Below are positions 26,640-34,595 of a stretch of 64,000 bases of DNA, in pieces. The stretch comes from an uncultured Bacteroidales bacterium (GTDB taxonomy: Bacteria; Bacteroidota; Bacteroidia; Bacteroidales; UBA932), in the NCBI GenBank assembly GCA_944326365.1, contig CALVDR010000007.1:10037-74036 (forward strand), written 5' to 3'. The translations under genes were made by a program, and so were the position numbers. The notes beneath the pieces were generated by a model that had not been told where the DNA came from, searched no databases, and was given only the letters and a program-made list of their open reading frames with translations. How positions within the stretch are numbered: position 1 is the first letter of the stretch; each line of letters starts with the position of its first letter.

Positions 26640-27485
26640 ATGGCATTAAGAGTAACAGAACAACCGTCATTGTATGACCATCTGGAGAAGAAATCGGTGG
26701 CCGAAATACTTCATGACATCAACGAGGAGGACAAGAAAGTCCCTCTCGCTATAGAAAAGGCGCTGCCTGACCTGGAAAGACTGGTCAGTGCTATCGAACA
26801 TCAGCTTCGCAATGGCGGAAGGATGTTCTATGTGGGCTGCGGGACGGGGGGCCGTCTGTCTGTCCTGGATCAGGTGGAGCTCCCGAACACTTACGGTATT
26901 GACCCGGAGATGATACAGTGCGTCCTGGCCGGCGGTGTGGAGAATCTGGTATTGGCCCTCGAAGAGGCCGAAGATGATATCGAAGAGGGATGGAGGACCC
27001 TTCAGGAAAAACATGTCAGCCCTAAAGACATAATAGTGGGGATAAGTGCCAGCGGCTGCACTCCGTATGTGCTCGCCACGCTGAAACACTGTCAGGAAAA
27101 CGGTATACCTACCGGATCTTTTGTCGGGAATCCTGATTCTCCTATTTCGAAGTATTCGGACTATCCTTGCGAGATCGTGTGCGGACCGGAGTATATCACG
27201 GGAAGCACCAGGATGAAGTGCGGTACAGTACAGAAACTGGTATGTGACATGATCAGCACCACTGTGCTCATCCGCCTGGGACGTATCGAAGGGAACCGGA
27301 TGGTGAATGTCCGCCTGATAAACAACAAGGTAGTGGACCGTTCTGTCAGGATGCTGATGGAGAGGAATCCGTCGCTGAAGGACTATGACTGGTGCGAGAA
27401 GATGATCAAGGAGAACGGCAATGTGAAAAAGACAGAGCAGTATCTCTATGAGCATGGTTATATAGACAAACTTCCGGAAGAATGA
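26640..27485 (+). CDS. murQ: N-acetylmuramic acid 6-phosphate etherase
   Basis: 281 aa SIS-domain protein with MurQ-type blocks FYVGCGTGGRLSVLD, ISASGCTPYV, GSTRMKCGTVQKLV, NRMVNV. Confidence 0.88.
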   Translation: MALRVTEQPSLYDHLEKKSVAEILHDINEEDKKVPLAIEKALPDLERLVSAIEHQLRNGGRMFYVGCGTGGRLSVLDQVELPNTYGIDPEMIQCVLAGGVENLVLALEEAEDDIEEGWRTLQEKHVSPKDIIVGISASGCTPYVLATLKHCQENGIPTGSFVGNPDSPISKYSDYPCEIVCGPEYITGSTRMKCGTVQKLVCDMISTTVLIRLGRIEGNRMVNVRLINNKVVDRSVRMLMERNPSLKDYDWCEKMIKENGNVKKTEQYLYEHGYIDKLPEE

Positions 27486-28867
27486 ACATGGGCATGAAGC
27501 ATGGAATAGCTGTCTTTGTGTCGCAGTTGATGGTTTCAGCTGTGCTCCTCACCCTGTCCTCCGGCTGTGACCGGAACGACGGTCCCGACCTGACCCGTTT
27601 CTCCGGCGTAGTCATCAACGAAGTGGCGGCCCATGACGAGAGGACGGACGCGGAAAGCTGGGTGGAGCTGGTGAATACGTCTTCCGGGACTGTGGATCTG
27701 TCCGGACTCGGACTTTTCCTGTATGACGAGTATTTCGACGGCATGAATATCCATGATTTCGCCGGGCAGAGTCTTTCTGCAGGTGAGCGCATGGTGCTGA
27801 GCACTGCCGATGACGGTCTGCGTACAGGTTTCGCTTCAGATGCACAGTTCGAGCTGCGTCTGGCTCCTGACAGGTCGGGAGAAGCCGTCGACAGTTTCAG
27901 CCGGGATGCCATATCTTCTCCCGGGGCGTTGCCGGTAGCGGGATCTTATCAGCGTATTCCTGACGGAAACGGAACATGGACATCGTCCCCGGCCGCTTCT
28001 CGCGGAAAGGCGAATCTGATACTGTCTCTGGAAAATACGAAACATAATGCTATCTGGCTGTGGAGTACTCACATGAAGGAATGGCTGGCTGACGATGCGG
28101 CCGTCATGAAACGGATGAAGGCTCTGGGATACGATCATGTCCTGCTGAATTATGCTGCATTCCAGTACAGCAATGCGAAGACTGCCAGGGAATTCATGGC
28201 CGCAGCGGCAGATGCTGGCATTATGGTCCATGCCTGGATACAGTGTTTCTATAACGGAGGATGGGTAAGCCCGGTGATAGATGCTGAAAACAGGTATGAC
28301 CAGGCTCTTTTCGATGATATCATCGAGAGAGCAGGCGGGTATATCGATGAATTCGGCGTCCAGGGAATTCATCTGGACTATATCAGATTCGGCGGTACGG
28401 CATACAAGCACAATCCTTCAGCCGAGATTACGGCCGTGGGGGCCGTGACCGAGTTCTGCCGCCAGATCCGTGAAGCCATGGATGCCAGAGGTGAAAACAT
28501 CATCCTTTCGGCTGCCATGATGGCTGAGGACAACGCAGCTTATTACTATGGACAGAATGCTGCCCAGATGGGACGGTACATTCATATACTGATGCCGATG
28601 ATCTACAGGTATCAGGAGGGCGGAGTCTCGTACAGTACGGACTGGTGCATGAAGATGGTGCGACTTTTCACTACAGTCACAGATGCCCAGGTGTGGGCCG
28701 GTACGCAGACTTACAGCTATGTCGGCAACAATGTCAGCGGGCTGGATGAGGAACGGCTGCGTTCCGACTGTGAGGATTTCGTCGGATCCGGAGCCTCGGG
28801 AATAGTCCTGTTCAGATATGCACTCGGGACATTCCCTGACGTGAATGACTTATGGGAGTCAGAATAG
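27482..28867 (+). CDS. lipoprotein: lamin-tail domain (LTD) + glycoside-hydrolase-like TIM barrel (GHL10/YngK-like)
   Basis: 461 aa. Lipobox LTLSSGC. LTD pattern VVINEVAAHDERTDAESWVELVNTSSGTVDLSGLGL. C-terminal (beta/alpha)8-like region with GIHLDYIRF and ILMPMIYRY blocks. ATGA overlap with murQ. Confidence 0.6.
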   Translation: MNMGMKHGIAVFVSQLMVSAVLLTLSSGCDRNDGPDLTRFSGVVINEVAAHDERTDAESWVELVNTSSGTVDLSGLGLFLYDEYFDGMNIHDFAGQSLSAGERMVLSTADDGLRTGFASDAQFELRLAPDRSGEAVDSFSRDAISSPGALPVAGSYQRIPDGNGTWTSSPAASRGKANLILSLENTKHNAIWLWSTHMKEWLADDAAVMKRMKALGYDHVLLNYAAFQYSNAKTAREFMAAAADAGIMVHAWIQCFYNGGWVSPVIDAENRYDQALFDDIIERAGGYIDEFGVQGIHLDYIRFGGTAYKHNPSAEITAVGAVTEFCRQIREAMDARGENIILSAAMMAEDNAAYYYGQNAAQMGRYIHILMPMIYRYQEGGVSYSTDWCMKMVRLFTTVTDAQVWAGTQTYSYVGNNVSGLDEERLRSDCEDFVGSGASGIVLFRYALGTFPDVNDLWESE

Positions 28868-28902
28868 GAAAACATCATTTAACACTTTAAACTAATAGTA
28901 TT

Positions 28903-31203
28903 ATGAAAAAGATTGCTTTGTTTTTGATGCCGGTTCTCGCCGTGGCAATGCTTTTTACGGGATGCGACAAGAATAAGGTCGACCCTGAAGAGCCGGTCAA
29001 GAGCGTAGGAACATTTACGCAGGCAGCCATAGTGGATGCTGTGGCCGGCATGTATGCGGAATGGACGGAAACCACTACCATTCCTCAGGAACTCAAAGTC
29101 TCAAACGCTACACTGACGCTGCCTCAGTATCAGTACGCCATGGCCAGACTCATGGTGGACATCAGGGACGGCAATGCAGGTGACATAGAGGTCCTGAACT
29201 TCAAACCGGCCGACCATCCGGAGCGTGACAGCTATGATGCGGAGACTATCGCAGTGTACGGCGGTCCGTCTGACGGGTCGAACACTGAAGACCTCGGAAA
29301 CATCGCCGAACGTATGATAGCCGCCATGTCAGAAGACGGACAGGTGCCTAACCAGACACTCTTCACCAGAGATGGGGAAGCCATCGCTTATTCCACAAAC
29401 CGTGCTACCGTGACTTTTGCCCGCGCCATCAGCGCCTACAAGGAAGACGGCAAGATGCCGGAAAGCGTGACTACCGACTATCTTTCTGCCGCAGCTACAC
29501 TGAAAGGCTTCGCACAGCAGTTCGTCACATATCTTGACGTATGGGAGAACAACATCGCCGAAACCCTGAGCGCAGACGGTTCGCACTGTTCAGACAACGA
29601 AACAGCCTGGGAGAACGTACACTTCATTCCTATTCCTTATTCAGGAGGCTATACCGATGGCGTGGATCAGTATGACCCTAAGTACCAGCCGTACCATACC
29701 ATCACGGTGGACGGAGTTACATATTCTGCAGCTCAGTGCTGGGGTATCGCCCTCAAAGGTATCCTCGACCTGGTGACAGTGGAAGGCTCAGCAGTGCTCC
29801 CTGCCGAAAGAAATGAAACGGTACATACGCTCGGAAACGGAAAACCGCTTACTACTCCTATTCCTGCATTGGAAGACTTCTTCGAGTGGGGACTGTATCC
29901 ATGGTATGAAAAGGCTGACGATCCTTGTGTCATCAGGGATGACAATGGCGAAATCCGTTCTGTAGGCATCGACTTCCTGGTCAAGCTCATTCCATGGCAT
30001 CTGACCCGTTCAAGCCAGCTCGGAGCCATAGGCAACTTCCAGACGTTCGGTGAAGATCCTGCGAGCGCCCTCGTGCTTCCTCCATACGAAGGAAATATCA
30101 GCCCTATGAGAGAGCTGCTTATAGCTGCACGTTTCTACAAATATCTGCTTGACAACGATATCAACGAGAATGTCTATGATGCCATGAAAGACGTCATGAT
30201 AGACGCAGACCTGTATGGTGTGGACCCTGACCCTCTGTATGTCAGCGAGACAGGACTCAATTTCGCATACGGACAGGGCGAGCAGACATTGAAGGTCACT
30301 GCCCTTTCAGAGAACTGGACCGCTACTTCAAGTGCCGGCTGGGTGACTGTCTCACCGGCTTCAGGTCCTGCATCGGAGACTTCACAGGATGTGACGATAT
30401 CTGTAGTTGCCAATGAAGGCGGTTCCCGTACGGCTACTGTGACATTCTCCATACCTTCGGGTCCTTCAAAAGAGGTGACAGTCACTCAGGCTCCGTCCCC
30501 TTCTACGAACACCATAAAGGATTTCGTCACCGAATACGTGAAGATACTTGATATCTGGGAAGAGACTGTCGGCACTGTGAACTACCTTGACGGAATCGGA
30601 GCCACTACGAACGAAGATAACGCGCCGTACGATGTGGAGAATGCCCACTATGTCCCTATGGAGACAACCATCACTGTCGGTGACCAGACATTGGGTACTG
30701 CTGACATGTTCGAACTCGCTATCAGGTCATACCTGCTGCTCAGAGGCTATGACGGAAACAGCACTACCGGAGGAAACGGGACTTTCGAGTCCGTGACACC
30801 TGCCACACTGTCTTCCACCCTGCCTGATACCCACGCCTACAAATGGGGAAGCAATCCGTTCAACGAGACCGGTTCCACTTCTGCGGGCAATGTCACCCAA
30901 GGCAACGGCGGTGAACTCAGGATGGGCGACCCTAATACGGCTGACGGAGTGGAAGCGGTGAAGTTCGACATCCTGGACAATTTCGCGCAGCGCAGCTGCA
31001 ATTATCCTATTAACAACGGCTCTCAGATCTCCAATATGTGCGGATATGCTGCAGGCCAGCTGGTCGGATACTATGGCTGCTTCTGCGCCCAGCGAGGTCT
31101 CATCACTTATGCATATTTCTTCAAATATATGCTTGACAACAACCTTGAGGATCTTTCTACGGTTCAGGAAGATCATGTGTTCGAGACGCATTTGTTCAAA
31201 TAG
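28903..31203 (+). CDS. large surface lipoprotein with three copies of a PMBR-like module and one BACON domain
   Basis: 766 aa. Lipobox AMLFTGC. BACON-like segment at about nt 30290-30495 (NWTATSSAGWVTVSPASGPASETSQDVTISVVANEGGSRTATVTFSI...VTVTQ). Internally repeated module, see findings. Confidence 0.7.
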   Translation: MKKIALFLMPVLAVAMLFTGCDKNKVDPEEPVKSVGTFTQAAIVDAVAGMYAEWTETTTIPQELKVSNATLTLPQYQYAMARLMVDIRDGNAGDIEVLNFKPADHPERDSYDAETIAVYGGPSDGSNTEDLGNIAERMIAAMSEDGQVPNQTLFTRDGEAIAYSTNRATVTFARAISAYKEDGKMPESVTTDYLSAAATLKGFAQQFVTYLDVWENNIAETLSADGSHCSDNETAWENVHFIPIPYSGGYTDGVDQYDPKYQPYHTITVDGVTYSAAQCWGIALKGILDLVTVEGSAVLPAERNETVHTLGNGKPLTTPIPALEDFFEWGLYPWYEKADDPCVIRDDNGEIRSVGIDFLVKLIPWHLTRSSQLGAIGNFQTFGEDPASALVLPPYEGNISPMRELLIAARFYKYLLDNDINENVYDAMKDVMIDADLYGVDPDPLYVSETGLNFAYGQGEQTLKVTALSENWTATSSAGWVTVSPASGPASETSQDVTISVVANEGGSRTATVTFSIPSGPSKEVTVTQAPSPSTNTIKDFVTEYVKILDIWEETVGTVNYLDGIGATTNEDNAPYDVENAHYVPMETTITVGDQTLGTADMFELAIRSYLLLRGYDGNSTTGGNGTFESVTPATLSSTLPDTHAYKWGSNPFNETGSTSAGNVTQGNGGELRMGDPNTADGVEAVKFDILDNFAQRSCNYPINNGSQISNMCGYAAGQLVGYYGCFCAQRGLITYAYFFKYMLDNNLEDLSTVQEDHVFETHLFK

Positions 31204-31260
31204 CGGTTAATAGTGTTTTCCAGCCTCCGGATTGTGCCGGAAAGGCAGTGTGACGAGGGT

Positions 31261-31318
31261 GACTGAAAGGAGAAGTTTCAAGTGCGACACGGAAGTACCC
31301 TTTTCAGTCGCCCTTTTT
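31261..31318 (+). terminator. possible internal attenuator/terminator hairpin within the locus
   Basis: GACTGAAAGG (31261-31270) pairs with CC(T)TTTCAGTC (31299-31309; one bulged T), with a 28-nt loop. It is followed by GCCCTTTTT. It sits in the 153-nt gap between the BACON lipoprotein gene and the transglutaminase-like gene. Confidence 0.3.
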
Positions 31319-31356
31319 AATTGGTTTGACCGGAATCCGGTTTTAACGACTTTTTT

Positions 31357-32391
31357 ATGAAACGATATATAACTTCGATAGCGGTTCTTTCCGTATTGCT
31401 TTTTATAAGTTGCGCCTGCGACAAAAACAGCGGCGACAGCGGTAAGGACGATGTTGACGTGGAGTTCACGGCAACAGGTTGGAACGGATATTTCGCGGAA
31501 GCTCTGGCGAAGGCCTATGATGAGTTCTCGGAGACAGGGGATATCCCTGCGACCGTAAATGTGGAAGGGCTGAAATACAACAGGGGCAGGTACCTGGCTG
31601 CCGGCATCCAGATTCTCAGGAAAATCATCGCGGAACCTGATACATGGCAGGATGAGGATGTGACTTACATTATAGCCTCCGGACCTGACAGCTATGCGAA
31701 CAATACCTTCAATGACGATGTCATGACTTTCGATGCATTCATGGACGTGCTTGATATCGCCTATGAATACGCCGGAGAGCGAAATGTTTTCCCGAACTAC
31801 TGCACTACGGAAGCAGAGCATAAGGACCCTGACGGTTCGGTGTATTCCGTAAAGATGACCATCAATACCATCTATGTCATGATGACGAGGGTTTTCGCAT
31901 ATTTCGTGGAAAACAATTCCCTGCCTGAAGAAATCAGCACCTGGGATGCTGACTATCTCCATGAGACGCTGAACTGCGAAGTTTCCGATCCTCTGGTGGT
32001 ATCTGCCATGGAGACCGCCACTGAAGGCCTGGTTTCGGACTACGACAGGGCGAAGGCCATTTTCGAATATGCCCGTGACGAATGGGAGTGGCTGAACTAC
32101 AACAACACTTCCAAAGGTGCGGTCGGGACCATTCAGGACAAGGGAGGAAACTGCTGCGACCTGACACATGCCATAGTGGCCATGAGCCGGGCTGCCGGCA
32201 TACCGGCCAGATACAGACACGCCCAGTGCCAGTACGCGAGCGGGGTGATAGGCCATGTGATAGCCGAGATTTACGTTGACGGAGTCTGGTATCCGGCCGA
32301 TGCTTCGAACAACGAGAATACTTTCGGAAACCACGAGGCCTGGTCGCACATGGCCACGTTCAACGGCAGGTATAACGAACTTCCATTCTGA
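31357..32391 (+). CDS. transglutaminase-core (cysteine-peptidase-like) lipoprotein with N-terminal PMBR-like modules
   Basis: 344 aa. Lipobox LLFISC. C-terminal transglutaminase core with Cys/His/Asp context KGGNCCDLTHAIVAMSRAAGIPARY...GHVIAEIYVDGVWYPADAS. The N-terminus shares the module of the preceding gene. Confidence 0.75.
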   Translation: MKRYITSIAVLSVLLFISCACDKNSGDSGKDDVDVEFTATGWNGYFAEALAKAYDEFSETGDIPATVNVEGLKYNRGRYLAAGIQILRKIIAEPDTWQDEDVTYIIASGPDSYANNTFNDDVMTFDAFMDVLDIAYEYAGERNVFPNYCTTEAEHKDPDGSVYSVKMTINTIYVMMTRVFAYFVENNSLPEEISTWDADYLHETLNCEVSDPLVVSAMETATEGLVSDYDRAKAIFEYARDEWEWLNYNNTSKGAVGTIQDKGGNCCDLTHAIVAMSRAAGIPARYRHAQCQYASGVIGHVIAEIYVDGVWYPADASNNENTFGNHEAWSHMATFNGRYNELPF

Positions 32392-32408
32392 AACAGGAGA
32401 AACCATAC

Positions 32409-33275
32409 ATGATTCTGATAGCCGACAGCGGGGCCTCGAAGACCGACTGGTCCTGCATAAGAAAACAGACTTTCGAGCGGATGTCCTTCATCAGCCAGGG
32501 CTACAACCCGAATTACATCTCAAGTGCGGACATGGTGGAGGATATCAGGAACAGTCTTCCTGAATCGTTCCCTGCGGAACAGGTCTCGGAGATTTATTTT
32601 TACGGAGCAGGAGTCACCCCGCTGCAGTACCCGTTCATGACCGACACATTGCTGAAAGTGTTCCGGAACGCGGAGACTGTCTTTATAGCCATGGATACCC
32701 TGGCTTCCTGCCGAGCCCTTCTCGGGACAGAACCGGGCTTCGCTGCCATTCTGGGAACCGGGGCCAACACCTGCCTGTACGACGGGGAGAACGAGTGTTT
32801 CAACGTGGATTCCTGCGGCTTCATCCTCGGTGACGAAGGCAGCGGAGGCTATCTTGGAAAGAGGATGATTACGGACTATATCAGACGCAACATGCCTTCC
32901 CGCGTGTACCGTCTGGTGGGAGAAGCCCTTGGGTATGGCAACGATGAACTTCTCGACATCATATACACCAGGCCTTTCCCGAACAGGTTCTGCGCCCAGT
33001 ACGCCAGATTCATCAGGGAGCATACTGATTTCGATCCCTATTTCCCGGAACTGGTCACGGACGCGTTCCGGAAGTTCTTCGACCGTATCGTGACGCGCTA
33101 TGACCATTACCGCTCGTACAAGTTCAACGCGGTAGGGTCGGTCGCCTACCATTTCAGAGACCTCCTCGATCCTGTCGTGGCCGAATACGGCATGGAAATA
33201 GGCAAGATAGCCAAGGCGCCTATGGACGGGCTCGTGGAATACCACACGGCAAAACTCTCGAAAAATAAGGAATGA
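32409..33275 (+). CDS. BadF/BadG/BcrA/BcrD-type sugar kinase, MurK-like (MurNAc/GlcNAc kinase)
   Basis: 288 aa. ASKHA phosphate-1 MILIADSGASKTDW, ILGTGANTCLYDG, GFILGDEGSGGYLGKR. Same family and size as the Tannerella MurNAc kinase. Confidence 0.75.
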   Translation: MILIADSGASKTDWSCIRKQTFERMSFISQGYNPNYISSADMVEDIRNSLPESFPAEQVSEIYFYGAGVTPLQYPFMTDTLLKVFRNAETVFIAMDTLASCRALLGTEPGFAAILGTGANTCLYDGENECFNVDSCGFILGDEGSGGYLGKRMITDYIRRNMPSRVYRLVGEALGYGNDELLDIIYTRPFPNRFCAQYARFIREHTDFDPYFPELVTDAFRKFFDRIVTRYDHYRSYKFNAVGSVAYHFRDLLDPVVAEYGMEIGKIAKAPMDGLVEYHTAKLSKNKE

Positions 33276-34495
33276 TCATGGAACTCCGGAAAAACGGCGG
33301 CATAGTCATCCCCCTTGTCATCATCGGGATGATGTTCTTCGTGGTGGGATTCGCTCTGGGTATCAACAGCTATATCGTGCCCCTGCTTGAAAGTGCTCTG
33401 GAAGTCTCTTCCGGTCAGTCTTACATGATTCTCGCGGCTACATTCGCGGCGTTTTTCGTTTTCAGCTATCCGGCCACATCGCTTATTCTCAGGATAGGAT
33501 ACAGGAAGACCATGGTCCTGGCGTTCGCCGTCTTCGCTGCCGGATTCCTTCTGTTCGTGCCTTCGGCACAATGCCGGAGTCTTCCGCTTTTCCTCCTGGC
33601 TTCCTTCGTATGCGGCACGGCCAATACGATACTCCAGGCGGCGATCAACCCTTACGCCACATATCTTGGCCCCATAGAGTCCGCTGCCAGACGGATAAGC
33701 ATCATGGGTATATGCAACATCATGGCATGGCCTGTCTCCCCGCTTTTCCTGTCTTGGCTCATAGGCAAGTCAATAGATTCGATGTCCCTGTCCGACATCA
33801 TATTCCCCTTCTATGTCCTTGCTGTCATCTTCGTGATTCTGGGAATCTTCGTCTGGCTGTCACCTTTGAAAGAGATGAAGTTCGGGGAACAGGAGGAAGA
33901 CCTGGAGGGCGCGTATGATGACGGCCGTACTTCCATCTGGCAGTTCCCGCACCTGATTCTCGGGAGTATCGCCCTGTTCATGTATGTAGGCATAGAGACC
34001 ATCGCCATGGCCAGTTCAGTGGACTATGCAGTGAGCCTGGGGCTTTCCGATCCCGAACAGTATGCGCTCATTCCGAGCATAGGCATGGTGGCCGGCTATG
34101 TCTTCGGCATCATCATGATTCCCGGATATCTGAGCCAGAGTGCAGCCCTTCGCCTGCATTCGTGGATAGCAGTGGCCGGGACTCTTCTCGTGGTCCTGCT
34201 TCCCGCCCGGATGTCGGTATATGCCGTGGCCGTGGTGACATTCGGCTGTTCTGTCATGTATCCTGCCATATTCCCTCTGGCTTTGGACGGACTTGGGAAA
34301 TTCGCCAAGACAGGTTCATCCATACTGGTAGCCTGCATTGCCGGAGGTTCCATAGTGCCTCTGCTCTATGGTTTTCTGAAGGATTGGGTCGGGAGTCAGG
34401 CAGCGTACTGGATAGGTATCCCGTGTTTCCTTTTCATCATGTATTATGCTTACTGCGGTTATCGTCTGAAAAAACCTGTCTCCCCGCGCAGGTGA
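33272..34495 (+). CDS. sugar MFS permease (FucP/GluP-like), MurT-like candidate
   Basis: 407 aa, 12 predicted TM segments, MFS loop motif LILRIGYRKTMVL. ATGA overlap with the kinase gene. Confidence 0.75.
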   Translation: MIMELRKNGGIVIPLVIIGMMFFVVGFALGINSYIVPLLESALEVSSGQSYMILAATFAAFFVFSYPATSLILRIGYRKTMVLAFAVFAAGFLLFVPSAQCRSLPLFLLASFVCGTANTILQAAINPYATYLGPIESAARRISIMGICNIMAWPVSPLFLSWLIGKSIDSMSLSDIIFPFYVLAVIFVILGIFVWLSPLKEMKFGEQEEDLEGAYDDGRTSIWQFPHLILGSIALFMYVGIETIAMASSVDYAVSLGLSDPEQYALIPSIGMVAGYVFGIIMIPGYLSQSAALRLHSWIAVAGTLLVVLLPARMSVYAVAVVTFGCSVMYPAIFPLALDGLGKFAKTGSSILVACIAGGSIVPLLYGFLKDWVGSQAAYWIGIPCFLFIMYYAYCGYRLKKPVSPRR

Positions 34496-34550
34496 TATTC
34501 CGTTTCCGGAACCGCAGGATCTTGAAAATTCAGGCATTTGTTGCCGGACT

Positions 34551-34577
34551 GACCGCAAAATTGCTAATTTTGCGGTC
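34551..34577 (+). terminator. intrinsic terminator closing the locus
   Basis: Perfect 12-bp stem GACCGCAAAATT / AATTTTGCGGTC with a 3-nt loop, followed by ATCTTT. Lies 56 nt after the permease stop. Confidence 0.65.
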
Positions 34578-34595
34578 ATCTTTAAATACCGAACG

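Noticed and set aside
28903-32391. Pseudomurein (archaeal cell wall) as the primary substrate of the whole locus
   Set aside because: MurQ acts on the lactyl ether of MurNAc, which pseudomurein lacks. Bacterial peptidoglycan is therefore the simpler reading. I keep the pseudomurein idea only as a secondary hypothesis for the Pei-like protein.
31207-32406. 399-aa ORF antisense to the transglutaminase-like lipoprotein gene
   Set aside because: The plus-strand product has a lipobox, repeat modules shared with the neighbouring gene and a Cys/His/Asp core. The minus-strand product has none of these.
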